64,000 nucleotides of DNA from NCBI GenBank assembly GCA_032161105.1, contig JAVHTD010000008.1. One strand, given 5' to 3'. The number at the start of each line of letters is the position of its first letter. Within the stretch, counting starts at the first letter, position 1. The position numbers and the translations under genes were made by a program. This document shows positions 9,725 through 20,195 of the stretch, one piece after another. Below the pieces are notes generated by a model, which was not told where the DNA came from, did not search any database, and saw only the letters and a program-made list of their open reading frames with translations. Origin of the DNA: Candidatus Thermosaccharophagus tengchongensis (GTDB lineage Bacteria; Armatimonadota; Fervidibacteria; Fervidibacterales; Thermosaccharophagaceae).

Positions 9725-10699
9725 TCATTGCTCGTAATCCTCGGTGTCCCAAATTTCCGGGTTTCTTAGCTCGTCAATTGTGAGCGGTTTGACATGCCCA
9801 TCACAGAATGCAACTGTCGCCCTCAGGAAGTGCCTGAATGCAATTGAGCCATTTGGGTATTGCCCTCCCCAAAGCGGCAGCGAACGGACATAGAGAGCGG
9901 TTGCCCACTGCGGCTTACACTCCGGCATGTGAAGCATTGCCGGTGGGTCAACGGTGAAGTAACCGATGTCATAGATGTCGTCGGGTTCGTAGTATGAGTC
10001 AGCCAGCATGACGGTTTGCGTTGGACTATCCACCATGGAAAGCTGCAATGAGGTTGAGTGCAAGGCGCCATCCGGGTGCCCACCCCAAAGCGGTGCTAAG
10101 TAAACCCAATTCAAACCGGTGTGGGCGCAAAGCGCCCAATTTCTCTCATGGTCATATCCAGAGCCCTTTTTCCAAACGCCGTATTTGTCACCGCCAGCTG
10201 TCGGGCAGCGTTGCATTTCCCAACTGCGCGCATACGGTTGAATTAAGTAAGGCCAGAAGACGGGACCTTGATGGTATCGTCCCGGATAGTTCTGGAGCGG
10301 ATAGTAGATGCCATGCGGATCGTAACTTATTGGGAAGCGTTCGTCGTAATCGGCTGCGTATAGCAATATTGCGGACGCCATCTGCTTGAAGTTGGACGCG
10401 CATGATGCGGCGCGAGCCCTTTCCCTTGCACGCGCCATCGCCGGGAAGAGAATGGCGGCAAGCACTGAGATGATGGCGATGACGACGAGCAGCTCAATGA
10501 GTGTGAATGCGCTAATCCGGTTGTGGATTGTAGCCAGACGATGCCGCTCTGGGAAGCTTAGGCGGTAAAGCCGACGCCGAGATGTAGCGCGCTGGCATGC
10601 GCGCCGTTTGACTGTTGCATCTGCATCAATTGGATGCCTGTGCTGCGCCATCTTTCCGTCCACGCCCCATGGCGGTCTTTGGCTCAAACCTTTATCCAT
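9725..10699 (-). CDS. Prepilin-type N-terminal cleavage/methylation protein (DUF1559, C-terminal H-X9-DG)
   Basis: [38 protein letters not shown]-terminal FRH...VAFCDGHVK. True start is probably downstream of 10699. Confidence 0.9.
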   Translation of the reverse strand: MDKGLSQRPPWGVDGKMAQHRHPIDADATVKRRACQRATSRRRLYRLSFPERHRLATIHNRISAFTLIELLVVIAIISVLAAILFPAMARARERARAASCASNFKQMASAILLYAADYDERFPISYDPHGIYYPLQNYPGRYHQGPVFWPYLIQPYARSWEMQRCPTAGGDKYGVWKKGSGYDHERNWALCAHTGLNWVYLAPLWGGHPDGALHSTSLQLSMVDSPTQTVMLADSYYEPDDIYDIGYFTVDPPAMLHMPECKPQWATALYVRSLPLWGGQYPNGSIAFRHFLRATVAFCDGHVKPLTIDELRNPEIWDTEDYEQ

Positions 10700-10910
10700 T
10701 ATGGCTTTCCATCAACTGCTTGTTCAAGATTCCGCTCACCCGTGAAGCATTCATTTGAAACCGAGCGCCAAACTTTAGTTTTGATGATGTGATGATATCC
10801 AATGTGCGCGGCAAGCGCGAAAGGATTCTCCGATGTGGGTGCGGCAATTTGTAAATGGCATCGGTGAGATGGTGATTGAGGAGAAACACCCGCCTTGGAG
10901 GTGAGCGGAA

Positions 10911-12413
10911 GTGGGTAGGGCGATTTCGTTCATCGCCTTTGATTTGGGGGCTGAGAGCGGCAGATGCGTTGTGGGAACATTGACCGATGGGAGTTTGAAG
11001 CTTGAGGAGGTTCATCGGTTTCCAAACGGGCCTGTGCGCATAATTGACAGCTTGCACTGGGATGTGCTTCGCATATGGCAGGAAATGAAGGAAGCGATGA
11101 GGATGTGCGTATCAAAATATGGCAGCGAGATTGAGGGCATCGGTGTTGACACTTGGGGGGTTGATTTTGCCCTCCTCGGTCGTGGCGATGTGTTGCTTTG
11201 CAACCCATACCACTACAGGGATAAGCGCACTGACGGGATGATTGAGGAGGCTTTCAGGCGAGTCCCGAAGGAGGAGATATTTGAGCAGACTGGGATTCAG
11301 TTCATGCAGATCAACACGCTCTTTCAGTTGCTATCAATGGTTGTGAGTGGCTCACCTTTGCTTGATGTTGCTGAGACGCTGCTGATGATGCCAGACCTGT
11401 TTAACTTTTGGCTCACCGGCATCAAGGTCTCGGAATTCAGCATCGCCACAACAACTCAATTTTACAACCCGAGGGAGAAGCAATGGGCAAAGCCACTCCT
11501 TGAGCGCTTGGGAATACCGACGCATTTCCTCCCGCCGATAGTTTCCTCTGGGACGATCATTGGGGAAATGATTTCATCAGTCGCAGATGATGTCGGTATG
11601 CCGAGGGTGAAAATTATTGCCCCGGCATGCCACGATACCGGCTCAGCTGTGGCAGCAGTTCCAGCTGAGGGTGACAACTGGTGCTACATAAGCTGTGGGA
11701 CATGGGCGCTAATGGGTGTTGAGATTGATGAACCAATCATAAACGAGCATAGTCTTCGTCTCAACTTCACGAATGAAGGTGGCTACGGAGGCAAAATCAG
11801 GTTCCTGAAAAACATCATGGGGCTTTGGCTTGTTCAGGAGTGCAGGCGCACTTGGGCAAGGCAAGGCGAGGAGCATTCATACTCGGAGCTCACTGAGATG
11901 GCATCAATGGCGCAACCGTTCAAGGCATTCGTTGACCCAGACAATACAATTTTCTTGCACCCGGGCGATATGCCATACAGGATGAGCAAGTTTTGCCAAA
12001 GCACATCACAGCAGCCACCGGAAACGAAGGGTGAGTTTGTAAGGTGTGCCCTTGAAAGCCTCGCTTTAAAGTGCCGTTGGGTGCTTGACAGGCTTGAGGA
12101 GTTGCTCGGGAGGAAAATTGAGGTGGTGCATGTTGTGGGTGGTGGCTCACGCAACTCGCTGCTATGCCAGTTCATAGCCAATGCCACACACAGACCAGTT
12201 GTAGCTGGACCAGTGGAAGCCACAGCAGCGGGTAGTGTGATGATTCAAGCGCTCACGCTCGGCTATGTTTCCTCACACGATGAGGCGAGGCGCATAATCA
12301 GGCACTCATTTGAGATGTGGCGCTATGAGCCAACCGAATTTGAGGAATGGGAAGCTGCATACGAGCGCTTCAAGACCATACTGGAAGCCTCTGAGAGACT
12401 TGAGCTGGATTAG
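10911..12413 (+). CDS. rhaB: Rhamnulokinase/fuculokinase (FGGY family)
   Basis: AFDLGAESGR, GVDTWGVDF, YRDKRT, HDTGSAV, FTNEGG, VGGGSRN, GPVEATAAG. Confidence 0.88.
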   Translation: MGRAISFIAFDLGAESGRCVVGTLTDGSLKLEEVHRFPNGPVRIIDSLHWDVLRIWQEMKEAMRMCVSKYGSEIEGIGVDTWGVDFALLGRGDVLLCNPYHYRDKRTDGMIEEAFRRVPKEEIFEQTGIQFMQINTLFQLLSMVVSGSPLLDVAETLLMMPDLFNFWLTGIKVSEFSIATTTQFYNPREKQWAKPLLERLGIPTHFLPPIVSSGTIIGEMISSVADDVGMPRVKIIAPACHDTGSAVAAVPAEGDNWCYISCGTWALMGVEIDEPIINEHSLRLNFTNEGGYGGKIRFLKNIMGLWLVQECRRTWARQGEEHSYSELTEMASMAQPFKAFVDPDNTIFLHPGDMPYRMSKFCQSTSQQPPETKGEFVRCALESLALKCRWVLDRLEELLGRKIEVVHVVGGGSRNSLLCQFIANATHRPVVAGPVEATAAGSVMIQALTLGYVSSHDEARRIIRHSFEMWRYEPTEFEEWEAAYERFKTILEASERLELD

Positions 12414-12548
12414 CGCATGGAGGTTGGATGCCAAGTCAACAGCGCTGATTGAGCAGTGCCTGAGCAAGTGGAGATGGAGTGGTTGATTGCAGAGGGTTTG
12501 GCTATAAGTTGGCTTCGCATCGCGATGGTGAAATGGATTGAAAGGGGC

Positions 12549-13007
12549 TTAACTCGTCATCTCGTTTGCGCCGCCCTTGTGGAGGCTTTGTTCAAGCCGT
12601 TTGAGGAGTGATTGAAGGAGCATCCTTTCTTCAGCTGACAGGCTATTAATCAGCGCCATGAGCCGCTCCTTGTATTGTGGGATGACGCGTTCCAACAGGC
12701 GCTTGCTCTTCGGCGTCAGGAAGAGGCGATAACGGCGTCTGTCGGAGGCATCTATGCGGCGTTCAATCAACCCATATTTCTCCATTCGGTCTATCAAGCT
12801 CGCTATATTGCCCTTTGTGGTCAGCATCTTCCTGCTCAATTCCTGTTGCGTTATACCTTCGCCAGTGCTGAGGAGAGCTATGACATCAAGCTGCGTTGGC
12901 GTTAAGCCGTAGTTCCTCAAGAAGCGTTGCCCCTCTTTTAGCAGCCCGCTGTAAATGCGCCACAGGTGGTTGAGCAAATGCATTGCTGAATCGGCAATTA
13001 AGCGCAT
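12549..13007 (-). CDS. MarR-family transcriptional regulator
   Basis: GLTPTQLDVI...TQQELS...KGNIASLIDRMEKYGLIER...DRR...LTPK winged helix. Confidence 0.92.
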   Translation of the reverse strand: MRLIADSAMHLLNHLWRIYSGLLKEGQRFLRNYGLTPTQLDVIALLSTGEGITQQELSRKMLTTKGNIASLIDRMEKYGLIERRIDASDRRRYRLFLTPKSKRLLERVIPQYKERLMALINSLSAEERMLLQSLLKRLEQSLHKGGANEMTS

Positions 13008-13182
13008 CTGGCATCACCACTGGTAACCCATTTGGCTTTGGGATCGTTGGATAAGTTTAACTACACGAGCGGCATTTGAAAAGCCTTACTCGGCGCCGAA
13101 TGTGAATCATCTGTCGCCTTATCCGCCGTTAATATTTTTTCCGCCCATCGCTCTCTATTTGTATCGGTGGTTTGCACCAGCT

Positions 13183-16107
13183 TTAATGGCTGTCAAAGCC
13201 CCTTTGCAACTTCTCAACGAGCCCTTTGAGCGCTTTCCATTCCCGCTCCATTGCTTCCCAATCGCCCCTGCGCTGTGCTTCCTCAAACCTTTTCATGTGC
13301 GCTGAGATTTGTTCGGTAAGCTTGCTTCCCATAGAACTGCGTGGCGATGCCTCGGTGCCGCTCACCTTCAAGGCAGTGCCTGCCGCAATACCTTCAGAAT
13401 CAGCCCCAACTACCATCTCAATTGCCTCGTTCAATGTGTCCGCCATTGCGACTTTATCCTCGGACGCTGCGAGGACTTTCTTGAGCTGCGGCAGTTGCGT
13501 TTGCTCGGATTGCAAAAAGAGCGGTTCAACATAAAGCAGCGAGAACGAGATGGGTATCACAAGTAGGTGCCCCCTTATGACCTGCGAACCGCGTTGATTC
13601 CACAGGCTCAAATATTGCGATATGGTTGGGTCTTGATCTATGCGAGCCTCAATTTGCATTGGTCCGGGTATGAGCGTTCCTCTCGGGAACCTGAAGATGA
13701 CCACCTTGCCGTATTCATCCGGGTCGCAGTGGGCAGCCATCCAAGCGATCATATTTTGCTTCTCCCTCGGCGTGAATGGAAGGATGAGCATGAAGCTCTC
13801 CTTCTTCTCGCCCGGAAGACGCATCACGACATAGTAGGGTTCCATCAGGCGCTGCGAGCCGGCGTAAAGCTCTTTTGGTATCTCCCACACATCCTCCATG
13901 TTGTAAAACTGCGTTGGATCGGTCATGTGATAATGTGTAAACATTATCGCCTGCGTCATGAAGAGCCTTCTCGGATAGCGAATGTGGCGCTGCAGATGCT
14001 TCGGCATCGCCCTCATCGGCTTGAACATGGTCGGGAAGATCTTTTGGTAAGTTCGGATTAGAGGGTCTATCCTGTCAGCCTCTTCAACGACATAAAACTT
14101 CACCTCACCATCGTAAGCGTCAACGGTGACTTTGACCGAATTGCGTATGTAATGGACTCGCCTCGGGTCAAGGACATCGGGCGTTGCATATGGGAAAAAT
14201 GGAGAGGCAGTGTAGGCGTCAATGAACCAATACAATCGCCCGTCGTCCCCTAACACGATGTATGGGTCTGGGTCAAGAAGCAGGAATGGGGCTATGGCTT
14301 GAACTCGCTCGTGTATCTTGCGATACATGAGCACCTTGCTCTCGTTCGTCACAGCGCTTGAGAGGAGAAGCATCAAGTCAGTGAACCGTGCCGAGAAAGC
14401 CAACCTCTTGAGGAAGCTGTCAACCGGGACGCCGCCCTTCCCTTCGTATTTGCAAAACTTTGGACCGTCAGCACTCGGATAATCAAACTCCAACTCGCTC
14501 CCATTCACCACGACATATTCAGGGATCGGCATGCGCTCCCTCGGCGGCGCAATTTCTCTCCTCTGGGCTTGCGGTGTTGGCTTCCCCTCTAACTCCGGGT
14601 GGGCACTTCCGCTGGACGGTTCACCTGAGGAAGTTGTGGTAGCGCCCTCTGGTGGCTGTGGTGCTGCTGGGGTTTTTAGAGGCGGTGATGGTGGGGGTGG
14701 CTGCGGCAGTTGCAATTCGCCGAAGTAAATCTCGGGTCGGCGCACTTTTAAACCACCAACGAGCGATGTTGGTGGGATGTCTTTTATAACGAACCTCGGA
14801 GAGCCATCGGAAGTAGCCTCATTAACGAAGCTCATGACCACTCCGTAGCCGTGCGTATACTTGAGGTGGTCGTTAACCCAAGTCCTCGCTTGCAGGTGCT
14901 GCACGAGTTCTCTTGCGGCAATAGCCACTTGGCGGAGTTTCCCATCAACCGTGTATCTGTCAACATCAACATCAACGAAGGTGTAGTATGGGCGAATTGA
15001 CTGCAGCTGCTCATATGTGCTCCTCAGCGGGCGTGCATCCCAAAGCCTTATGTTGTAGAGTGTCGTGGCGTTTTCCAAGATTGCCTTCCTGCTCAACTTG
15101 CTCACGAAGTATGGCAGCTCCTTAAACCTGTCCAAGTTGTATGCGTATCTCGTGAACTTGATGTTGTGCTCAATGAATGGCTTCTCAAGTTGGAGCTCAT
15201 TCGGGTTGACGATGAAAGCCTGAACCACACCGGGGACAACGAAGCGCCCGATGAAGGAGAGGATGAGCGCAACCCCGGTTGACCACAGGAGTGTCCTTAC
15301 GCTTCCCCATTTGATGTTGAGCAGAAGGATTATGGCTGCGATGGCGAAGACGAACATCAGAGCCCACAGTGCCGGCAGCGCCGCATAGTAATCGGCAAAG
15401 CCGACTCCATAAACTCGCCCGCGCATTGAGTAGAGCAATTTGAACATCCCAAAGCGAGTCCCAACTGAGGCAGCGATGAACCACAGTGCAGCCATGAGTG
15501 TTAAGGTGCGAACGGCATGGCTGGTCATCTCGGTGCCCGTCTCGGTGAAGGAAATGTGGTCGTCAAAGATGAGCAGAAGTATCGCACCGATGATGAGCAG
15601 CGATAGCCCAGTTGAGAGCAAGCCGAAGGCGAAAAGATACAACGGCAGCTTGAAGAGGTAGAAGTCAATGGGTTTGTTGAATATCGGCTCTTTGAGGTCA
15701 ATCGGCGTCGGATGAAAGAATTGGAGGACGGTCAACCACTTATGGCTTGCATAGTAGCCGGCAACCAACGCGGCAGTGAGCGAGAAGAAGAGGACGGCAT
15801 TGTCAATGGCTCTTTCCATCGCCATGCGTTCGTCGTCGTCCAAAAGCCACTTGCGTGAGGATGGCGGTGCCGGCACTCGGCGTATGTAACGCCACGGGAA
15901 GTAAAGGGCGGAAAAGAGGGCGGGGAATGTTATGGAGAAAAGGAGCAGCCTCGTCAGCAGTATCTTACCGTAGACGGACTGATATCCTTCGGAGACAAAC
16001 CAGAGCCATTGAGCATATACCGAGAGCAGCTTAATGGCGATCAGGATTGCGACCACTGCTATGGCGATGAAGCCGACCAAACGCCATCCGCTCATGCTCG
16101 CATTCAC
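13183..16107 (-). CDS. UPF0182 family membrane protein
   Basis: WLWF, PIFNKPIDFYLFKLP, PNELQLEKPFI, NIRLWD, YTHGYG, YIRNSVK, YVEPLFLQ. Confidence 0.92.
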   Translation of the reverse strand: MNASMSGWRLVGFIAIAVVAILIAIKLLSVYAQWLWFVSEGYQSVYGKILLTRLLLFSITFPALFSALYFPWRYIRRVPAPPSSRKWLLDDDERMAMERAIDNAVLFFSLTAALVAGYYASHKWLTVLQFFHPTPIDLKEPIFNKPIDFYLFKLPLYLFAFGLLSTGLSLLIIGAILLLIFDDHISFTETGTEMTSHAVRTLTLMAALWFIAASVGTRFGMFKLLYSMRGRVYGVGFADYYAALPALWALMFVFAIAAIILLLNIKWGSVRTLLWSTGVALILSFIGRFVVPGVVQAFIVNPNELQLEKPFIEHNIKFTRYAYNLDRFKELPYFVSKLSRKAILENATTLYNIRLWDARPLRSTYEQLQSIRPYYTFVDVDVDRYTVDGKLRQVAIAARELVQHLQARTWVNDHLKYTHGYGVVMSFVNEATSDGSPRFVIKDIPPTSLVGGLKVRRPEIYFGELQLPQPPPPSPPLKTPAAPQPPEGATTTSSGEPSSGSAHPELEGKPTPQAQRREIAPPRERMPIPEYVVVNGSELEFDYPSADGPKFCKYEGKGGVPVDSFLKRLAFSARFTDLMLLLSSAVTNESKVLMYRKIHERVQAIAPFLLLDPDPYIVLGDDGRLYWFIDAYTASPFFPYATPDVLDPRRVHYIRNSVKVTVDAYDGEVKFYVVEEADRIDPLIRTYQKIFPTMFKPMRAMPKHLQRHIRYPRRLFMTQAIMFTHYHMTDPTQFYNMEDVWEIPKELYAGSQRLMEPYYVVMRLPGEKKESFMLILPFTPREKQNMIAWMAAHCDPDEYGKVVIFRFPRGTLIPGPMQIEARIDQDPTISQYLSLWNQRGSQVIRGHLLVIPISFSLLYVEPLFLQSEQTQLPQLKKVLAASEDKVAMADTLNEAIEMVVGADSEGIAAGTALKVSGTEASPRSSMGSKLTEQISAHMKRFEEAQRRGDWEAMEREWKALKGLVEKLQRGFDSH

Positions 16108-16291
16108 ACTCCAATGTCACTAATAGCCCGCTGACGGCTAAAATGAACTTCAATCCATGCCGAGAGCCGATGGGATTTGCCGCCGGTCATCTGAGGTTAG
16201 CTGCGTGATGAACTTATGTGGCTATCTTGAGAAGAGAGCCATTCAACCTGCGCCTCTATGAATCGTGCCAAAGTGCCCATCCAAACAGCCA

Positions 16292-17227
16292 TCAGAACGA
16301 GATGTTCAAACTGAGAAGGTGAATGTCATCCTCTGGCGATGGGCGGTCCGCAAAGGCGTAGTCAACATACATGCCCCTCATGAAACCGCCCTTAAATCCG
16401 AATCCGATCGTCAGGCGTCCATCAAGCAAGCCGATGCGCCCAACGAATGACGGTGTAAGGCGCCTCTCAAGTCCGGCTCTTATTGCTATCCCACTTCCTC
16501 TGCCACCCGCCCAATTGGTCGTGTTGTCCTCCAGATCCCAAACATCAAGCGCAAGCAGGGTGTTCTCATCAAACCAATGCGCTATGCCGGCGTTTATCAA
16601 GCGCTCATCGCGCTTCCTCACCGTCCCCATTGTGAATGATGGGCGTGTGGTGTTGATTGAAGATATGCCAATCCATGTTCGGTCAGCGAGCCTCGTCAGG
16701 AAGCCTATGTCAAAGGTCCAATTCGTCCTTGAGCCCTGTCCGGTGATGCGCTGCTGGTGCATTTTTATCGTCGTGCCAAAGTCAATTTCGTATCCACGCC
16801 ACATGCCTATTGGTTGGGTTATGGTGTATAGCAACCCGAAGTGCGTCGTTCGTCCACCCAATGCCAATGGGCTTTCATCCCTCGCCCACATGAGCGTGAG
16901 TCCACCGCCGAGTTTCCCCTCTTGGGAGCCTTTGAGGTGACCGACAAGGAAGTAACGCTCATCAGCCGTGTTGAGCCTGCAGTTGAGCGATGCCACAGGC
17001 TGTGATAACCTCGCCGTTGCAGCCGGGTTGGCAAGCAGTGAGCCAAGGTCTCCAACGACAGCCACCGAAGCGCCACCCATCCCTAAGGAGCGAGCGTTTA
17101 TCCCGTAGCATGGCATACCCAAGACCTCAACTTGTGCGCTGGAGCGTCCGCAAAGCAACCCGCAAAGGCACACCGCTGTTGCAGCGAGCATTGTGCGATG
17201 CTGCTTAAGCGCCCTTGCCAACCACAC
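16292..17227 (-). CDS. Outer-membrane beta-barrel, PorV/FadL-like
   Basis: Signal peptide, ARSLGMGGA...D...NPA plug motif, alternating strands, C-terminal Phe. Confidence 0.7.
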   Translation of the reverse strand: MWLARALKQHRTMLAATAVCLCGLLCGRSSAQVEVLGMPCYGINARSLGMGGASVAVVGDLGSLLANPAATARLSQPVASLNCRLNTADERYFLVGHLKGSQEGKLGGGLTLMWARDESPLALGGRTTHFGLLYTITQPIGMWRGYEIDFGTTIKMHQQRITGQGSRTNWTFDIGFLTRLADRTWIGISSINTTRPSFTMGTVRKRDERLINAGIAHWFDENTLLALDVWDLEDNTTNWAGGRGSGIAIRAGLERRLTPSFVGRIGLLDGRLTIGFGFKGGFMRGMYVDYAFADRPSPEDDIHLLSLNISF

Positions 17228-17332
17228 CGTAAACCACCTCCAGCCAAAGTGTTGTGCTGTGATGCATCAAACTGTGCTGCGTGTATTGTGTCATTGTTAG
17301 CATAACTTGGATTTTCACGCCACGCTACACGC

Positions 17333-19354
17333 TCAATAAACATAAGAACCGATCTCAAGGAACACTTTTCGGCGTGACTTCTGCCAGTTGATGCTCACCC
17401 ATAGATCGCCAAAGCGTCTGGCAATGGAAGCATCATAGTCAATGGTTGACATCCCGCTGTAACCCTGATACGAGCAACCGAGGCGCAGGCGCCATTTGTC
17501 CCCAAATGACCTTACGATGTGCAAGTAACCGTAGACGCTATCGCTTGAAAAAGATTTTGACGCCGAGAGTGCGACATTCCAATTGCGCCCGATGTTGCCA
17601 TAGAAGTTGAGCATGAGAGATTCGTTTGCAGACCGCCAGCCATAAATTGACGAACCACTATCGTAGCTGTAGCTGAGGCTTAGCATGCCGAATCTGCCAA
17701 GTTGATGATTGAGCGAGAGCACCGTGCTCCTGCCGAGCTTAAATCCATCTTTGGAGTTGAAGGCTGATAAGCCGCCGCGAAGTGATAACGATGTTGCTTT
17801 GCCCAATCGGTATGGCGGTGCATAAAAGTCAACATCAATCCCCTGAGAGAATGAGCCGTATGCGTATCTCCCGCTGCCGAGCGCAAGATAGCCGATGACC
17901 GAGTAGCTGAAGCCGCTTTTTCCGATCGGCTTCATTGGCAGTTGAAGCATTGTTTGGGCATTCCAAGAGTTCCCATACGATGTCCTGTTGTAAAAAGCCT
18001 CAATGCCAAGGTCAAACCCGCCGAGCTGCCCAATGTAATCAACCCGTGTCAGCAAGTCCTTCCCCTTGAAGTAGTCCGCACCAATTCGCAACATTGAGTT
18101 GGTTCCAAAACGATGCATGTGCTCCCAGCGGAGGTTTCTCTCAGACCTCGTTAGCGCCTCAAGCAAAATTACACCCTCGCCATTCCCACCGAGCACATAG
18201 TTCTCCTCAAATGAGATTGTAAACCCGGGGCGATAAACGCCAAACCCATGGCTGCCAAAATATTGAAGCCTTAGTGCGCCCGTGCCCTTCGTATCGGCGT
18301 GGAAGTATAGAGGGAAGTCAATCTGCAACCCGCCATAGGAGTTGTATGAGATGATTTGGTTTGCAAAGCCCCTTGAGGTCATGCGCAAGCCGTAGGTTGA
18401 TAGCGGGATGACATGAATTGGAAGCGAAATAAGTTTGTTGCCTTTGGCATACAGCTGCGCCCTACGAAGGACTATTTTCTCGCCCGGGTAGATGACGATC
18501 TCCTTCGCCCTTATCCAAGTTTGGTCAATGCTGTAATCCGGTTCGGGAGCATACACCCTCGGCATCTTCTCTTCGTCCTCAATTACCGTGAGCCATCTTA
18601 TGCCGAGCTTCTTCGGCTGCGGCGCAGTTTGAATCATCGTGCCCTCCTGACGCTCATAGTCAAGCACCAATCTGTCGCAGGAAAGCCTATTCTCGCCGCA
18701 TGTGATGGTGACGGAGTTCTTTCCGGCTTCGCCCTCGGCGATGAGTATGCGCCTGTCCAAGAAGACATTCATCCTGACATCGCACTCAACTGTGACGCCC
18801 ATGTGGATGAAGCGGGCGTAACCGCTTGCGGTGATAAAGCTGTCGCTTGGTGAATACGCCAAGTAATCTCCCTTGACGATGATGAGGTTGGCGTTTCTTG
18901 ACATTGCAGCCTGTGGTGGGAGCAGGCGCACTTCAACTGACTCGCGCGAGACACCGAAGAATGCGGTCACAACAGCTATGCCGGGTGTCGTCCCGCTGCG
19001 CAGCGTCACCCTTGCAACTTTGTTTCGCAGTATGGCACTCGGCTCTATTGTTGTATCCGGCATTGAGCTTATGAAGCGCACCTCAGTCCCATCCGGTATT
19101 GACGGGTCATCAACTTGCACGGTGATGATGCTTGTGCTTTTTCCATTCGCCGGGATCTCCTGAGGCGTGGCTGTGATGAGGAATCTGATTGGTTGGAATG
19201 GTTGTGGCTCACACAGTGCTCTTTGGCACTGAGTTAACAATGACACCAGCAGCGTGTATATGAGCGCATTCAAAATTAGAGCACCCTTATGCTGCATGCT
19301 GTCCATCACCTGCGGATCTCGTTGAAGGGCATCGTCGGAAAAAATTTTGCCCAC
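17333..19354 (-). CDS. Exported protein with an invasin/Big_1-like Ig domain and an LptD-like beta-barrel
   Basis: ATPQEIPANGKSTSIITV Ig-like motif; IRAKEIVIYPGEKIV resembles LptD; aromatic-rich strands with terminal Tyr. Start uncertain. Confidence 0.55.
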   Translation of the reverse strand: MGKIFSDDALQRDPQVMDSMQHKGALILNALIYTLLVSLLTQCQRALCEPQPFQPIRFLITATPQEIPANGKSTSIITVQVDDPSIPDGTEVRFISSMPDTTIEPSAILRNKVARVTLRSGTTPGIAVVTAFFGVSRESVEVRLLPPQAAMSRNANLIIVKGDYLAYSPSDSFITASGYARFIHMGVTVECDVRMNVFLDRRILIAEGEAGKNSVTITCGENRLSCDRLVLDYERQEGTMIQTAPQPKKLGIRWLTVIEDEEKMPRVYAPEPDYSIDQTWIRAKEIVIYPGEKIVLRRAQLYAKGNKLISLPIHVIPLSTYGLRMTSRGFANQIISYNSYGGLQIDFPLYFHADTKGTGALRLQYFGSHGFGVYRPGFTISFEENYVLGGNGEGVILLEALTRSERNLRWEHMHRFGTNSMLRIGADYFKGKDLLTRVDYIGQLGGFDLGIEAFYNRTSYGNSWNAQTMLQLPMKPIGKSGFSYSVIGYLALGSGRYAYGSFSQGIDVDFYAPPYRLGKATSLSLRGGLSAFNSKDGFKLGRSTVLSLNHQLGRFGMLSLSYSYDSGSSIYGWRSANESLMLNFYGNIGRNWNVALSASKSFSSDSVYGYLHIVRSFGDKWRLRLGCSYQGYSGMSTIDYDASIARRFGDLWVSINWQKSRRKVFLEIGSYVY

Positions 19355-19449
19355 AATGTGCGCCCTTGAAACTGTGCCATCACAGCGGCGGAAGGACAGG
19401 CATCATTACATGATGGATGAGTTTTCCAACAGCCCAACCCAAATTATAA

Positions 19450-20133
19450 GTGGTGCTAACTGCGCAAAGCGTGAAGGCATATGGGGTGAGCAAGAGCAAA
19501 GAGCGATATAAGTCGGTGCGCATGTTCATCTATCGCATCCTGATACCGCTTCTGCGCATTGCTGCGAAAGTTCTGTTTGGGTTAAGGGTTTATAATGCCA
19601 ACTTGGTGCCGAGGATTGGCGGGATCATAATTGCATCCAATCACCCAACATATCTTGATCCGCTGTTCATAGGTTGCGCTTGTCCGAGGAGGGTTTCATT
19701 TGTAGCGAAGCGCCCCATCTTCAACATGCCATTACTCAGGACGCTCCTATGGCTTGACGATTGCATTCCCGTCTCAAGGGGCGCAGGTGATATTGGTGCA
19801 TTGCGTGAGTGCATCAAGAGGTTAAAATCTGGCGAGGTCATCGCCATCTTTCCGGAGGGCACAAGGAGCGATCATGGCAGAATGCGCCAGTTCACGCACG
19901 GCGCTGCGCTGCTTGCTCAACTTAGCGGATGCCCGATTGTGCCGTGCGCCATCATTAATGCCTATCCTGCGTGGCGTTTGAATGCGCCGTTGCCAAGACC
20001 GCATTGGCGTGTTGAGGTGCGCTTCGGTGAGCCAATTACGGTTGAGCAATGTGACCCGGAATTGAGGGAGATCATCATCCAAAGGGCGACTGATGAATTG
20101 ATGGCTCGGATGAGGCAGCTCGGGGTTCATTGA
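19450..20133 (+). CDS. plsC: 1-acyl-sn-glycerol-3-phosphate acyltransferase
   Basis: NHPTYLD (HX4D), FPEGTRS, PIVP. Confidence 0.88.
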   Translation: MVLTAQSVKAYGVSKSKERYKSVRMFIYRILIPLLRIAAKVLFGLRVYNANLVPRIGGIIIASNHPTYLDPLFIGCACPRRVSFVAKRPIFNMPLLRTLLWLDDCIPVSRGAGDIGALRECIKRLKSGEVIAIFPEGTRSDHGRMRQFTHGAALLAQLSGCPIVPCAIINAYPAWRLNAPLPRPHWRVEVRFGEPITVEQCDPELREIIIQRATDELMARMRQLGVH

Positions 20134-20195
20134 TCTTGAACTAAGAGTGTTTGCAGCCCTTGCCCAATTAAGGCAAGATGAAGATGAGGTGAGTT

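Noticed and set aside
9725..10699. Prepilin-like gene as evidence of a type IV pilus or T2SS locus
   Set aside because: DUF1559/H-X9-DG genes are a dispersed, expanded family, and no assembly genes are nearby.
12418..12450. Mini-ORF MPSQQR with a GGAGG RBS after rhaB
   Set aside because: It has only six codons and no other support; it may be a remnant or chance.
16108..16291. Lysine riboswitch upstream of UPF0182 (ATAGAGGCGC on the minus strand)
   Set aside because: The downstream conserved elements (GAAAGG, GCCGAA) and a terminator are missing.
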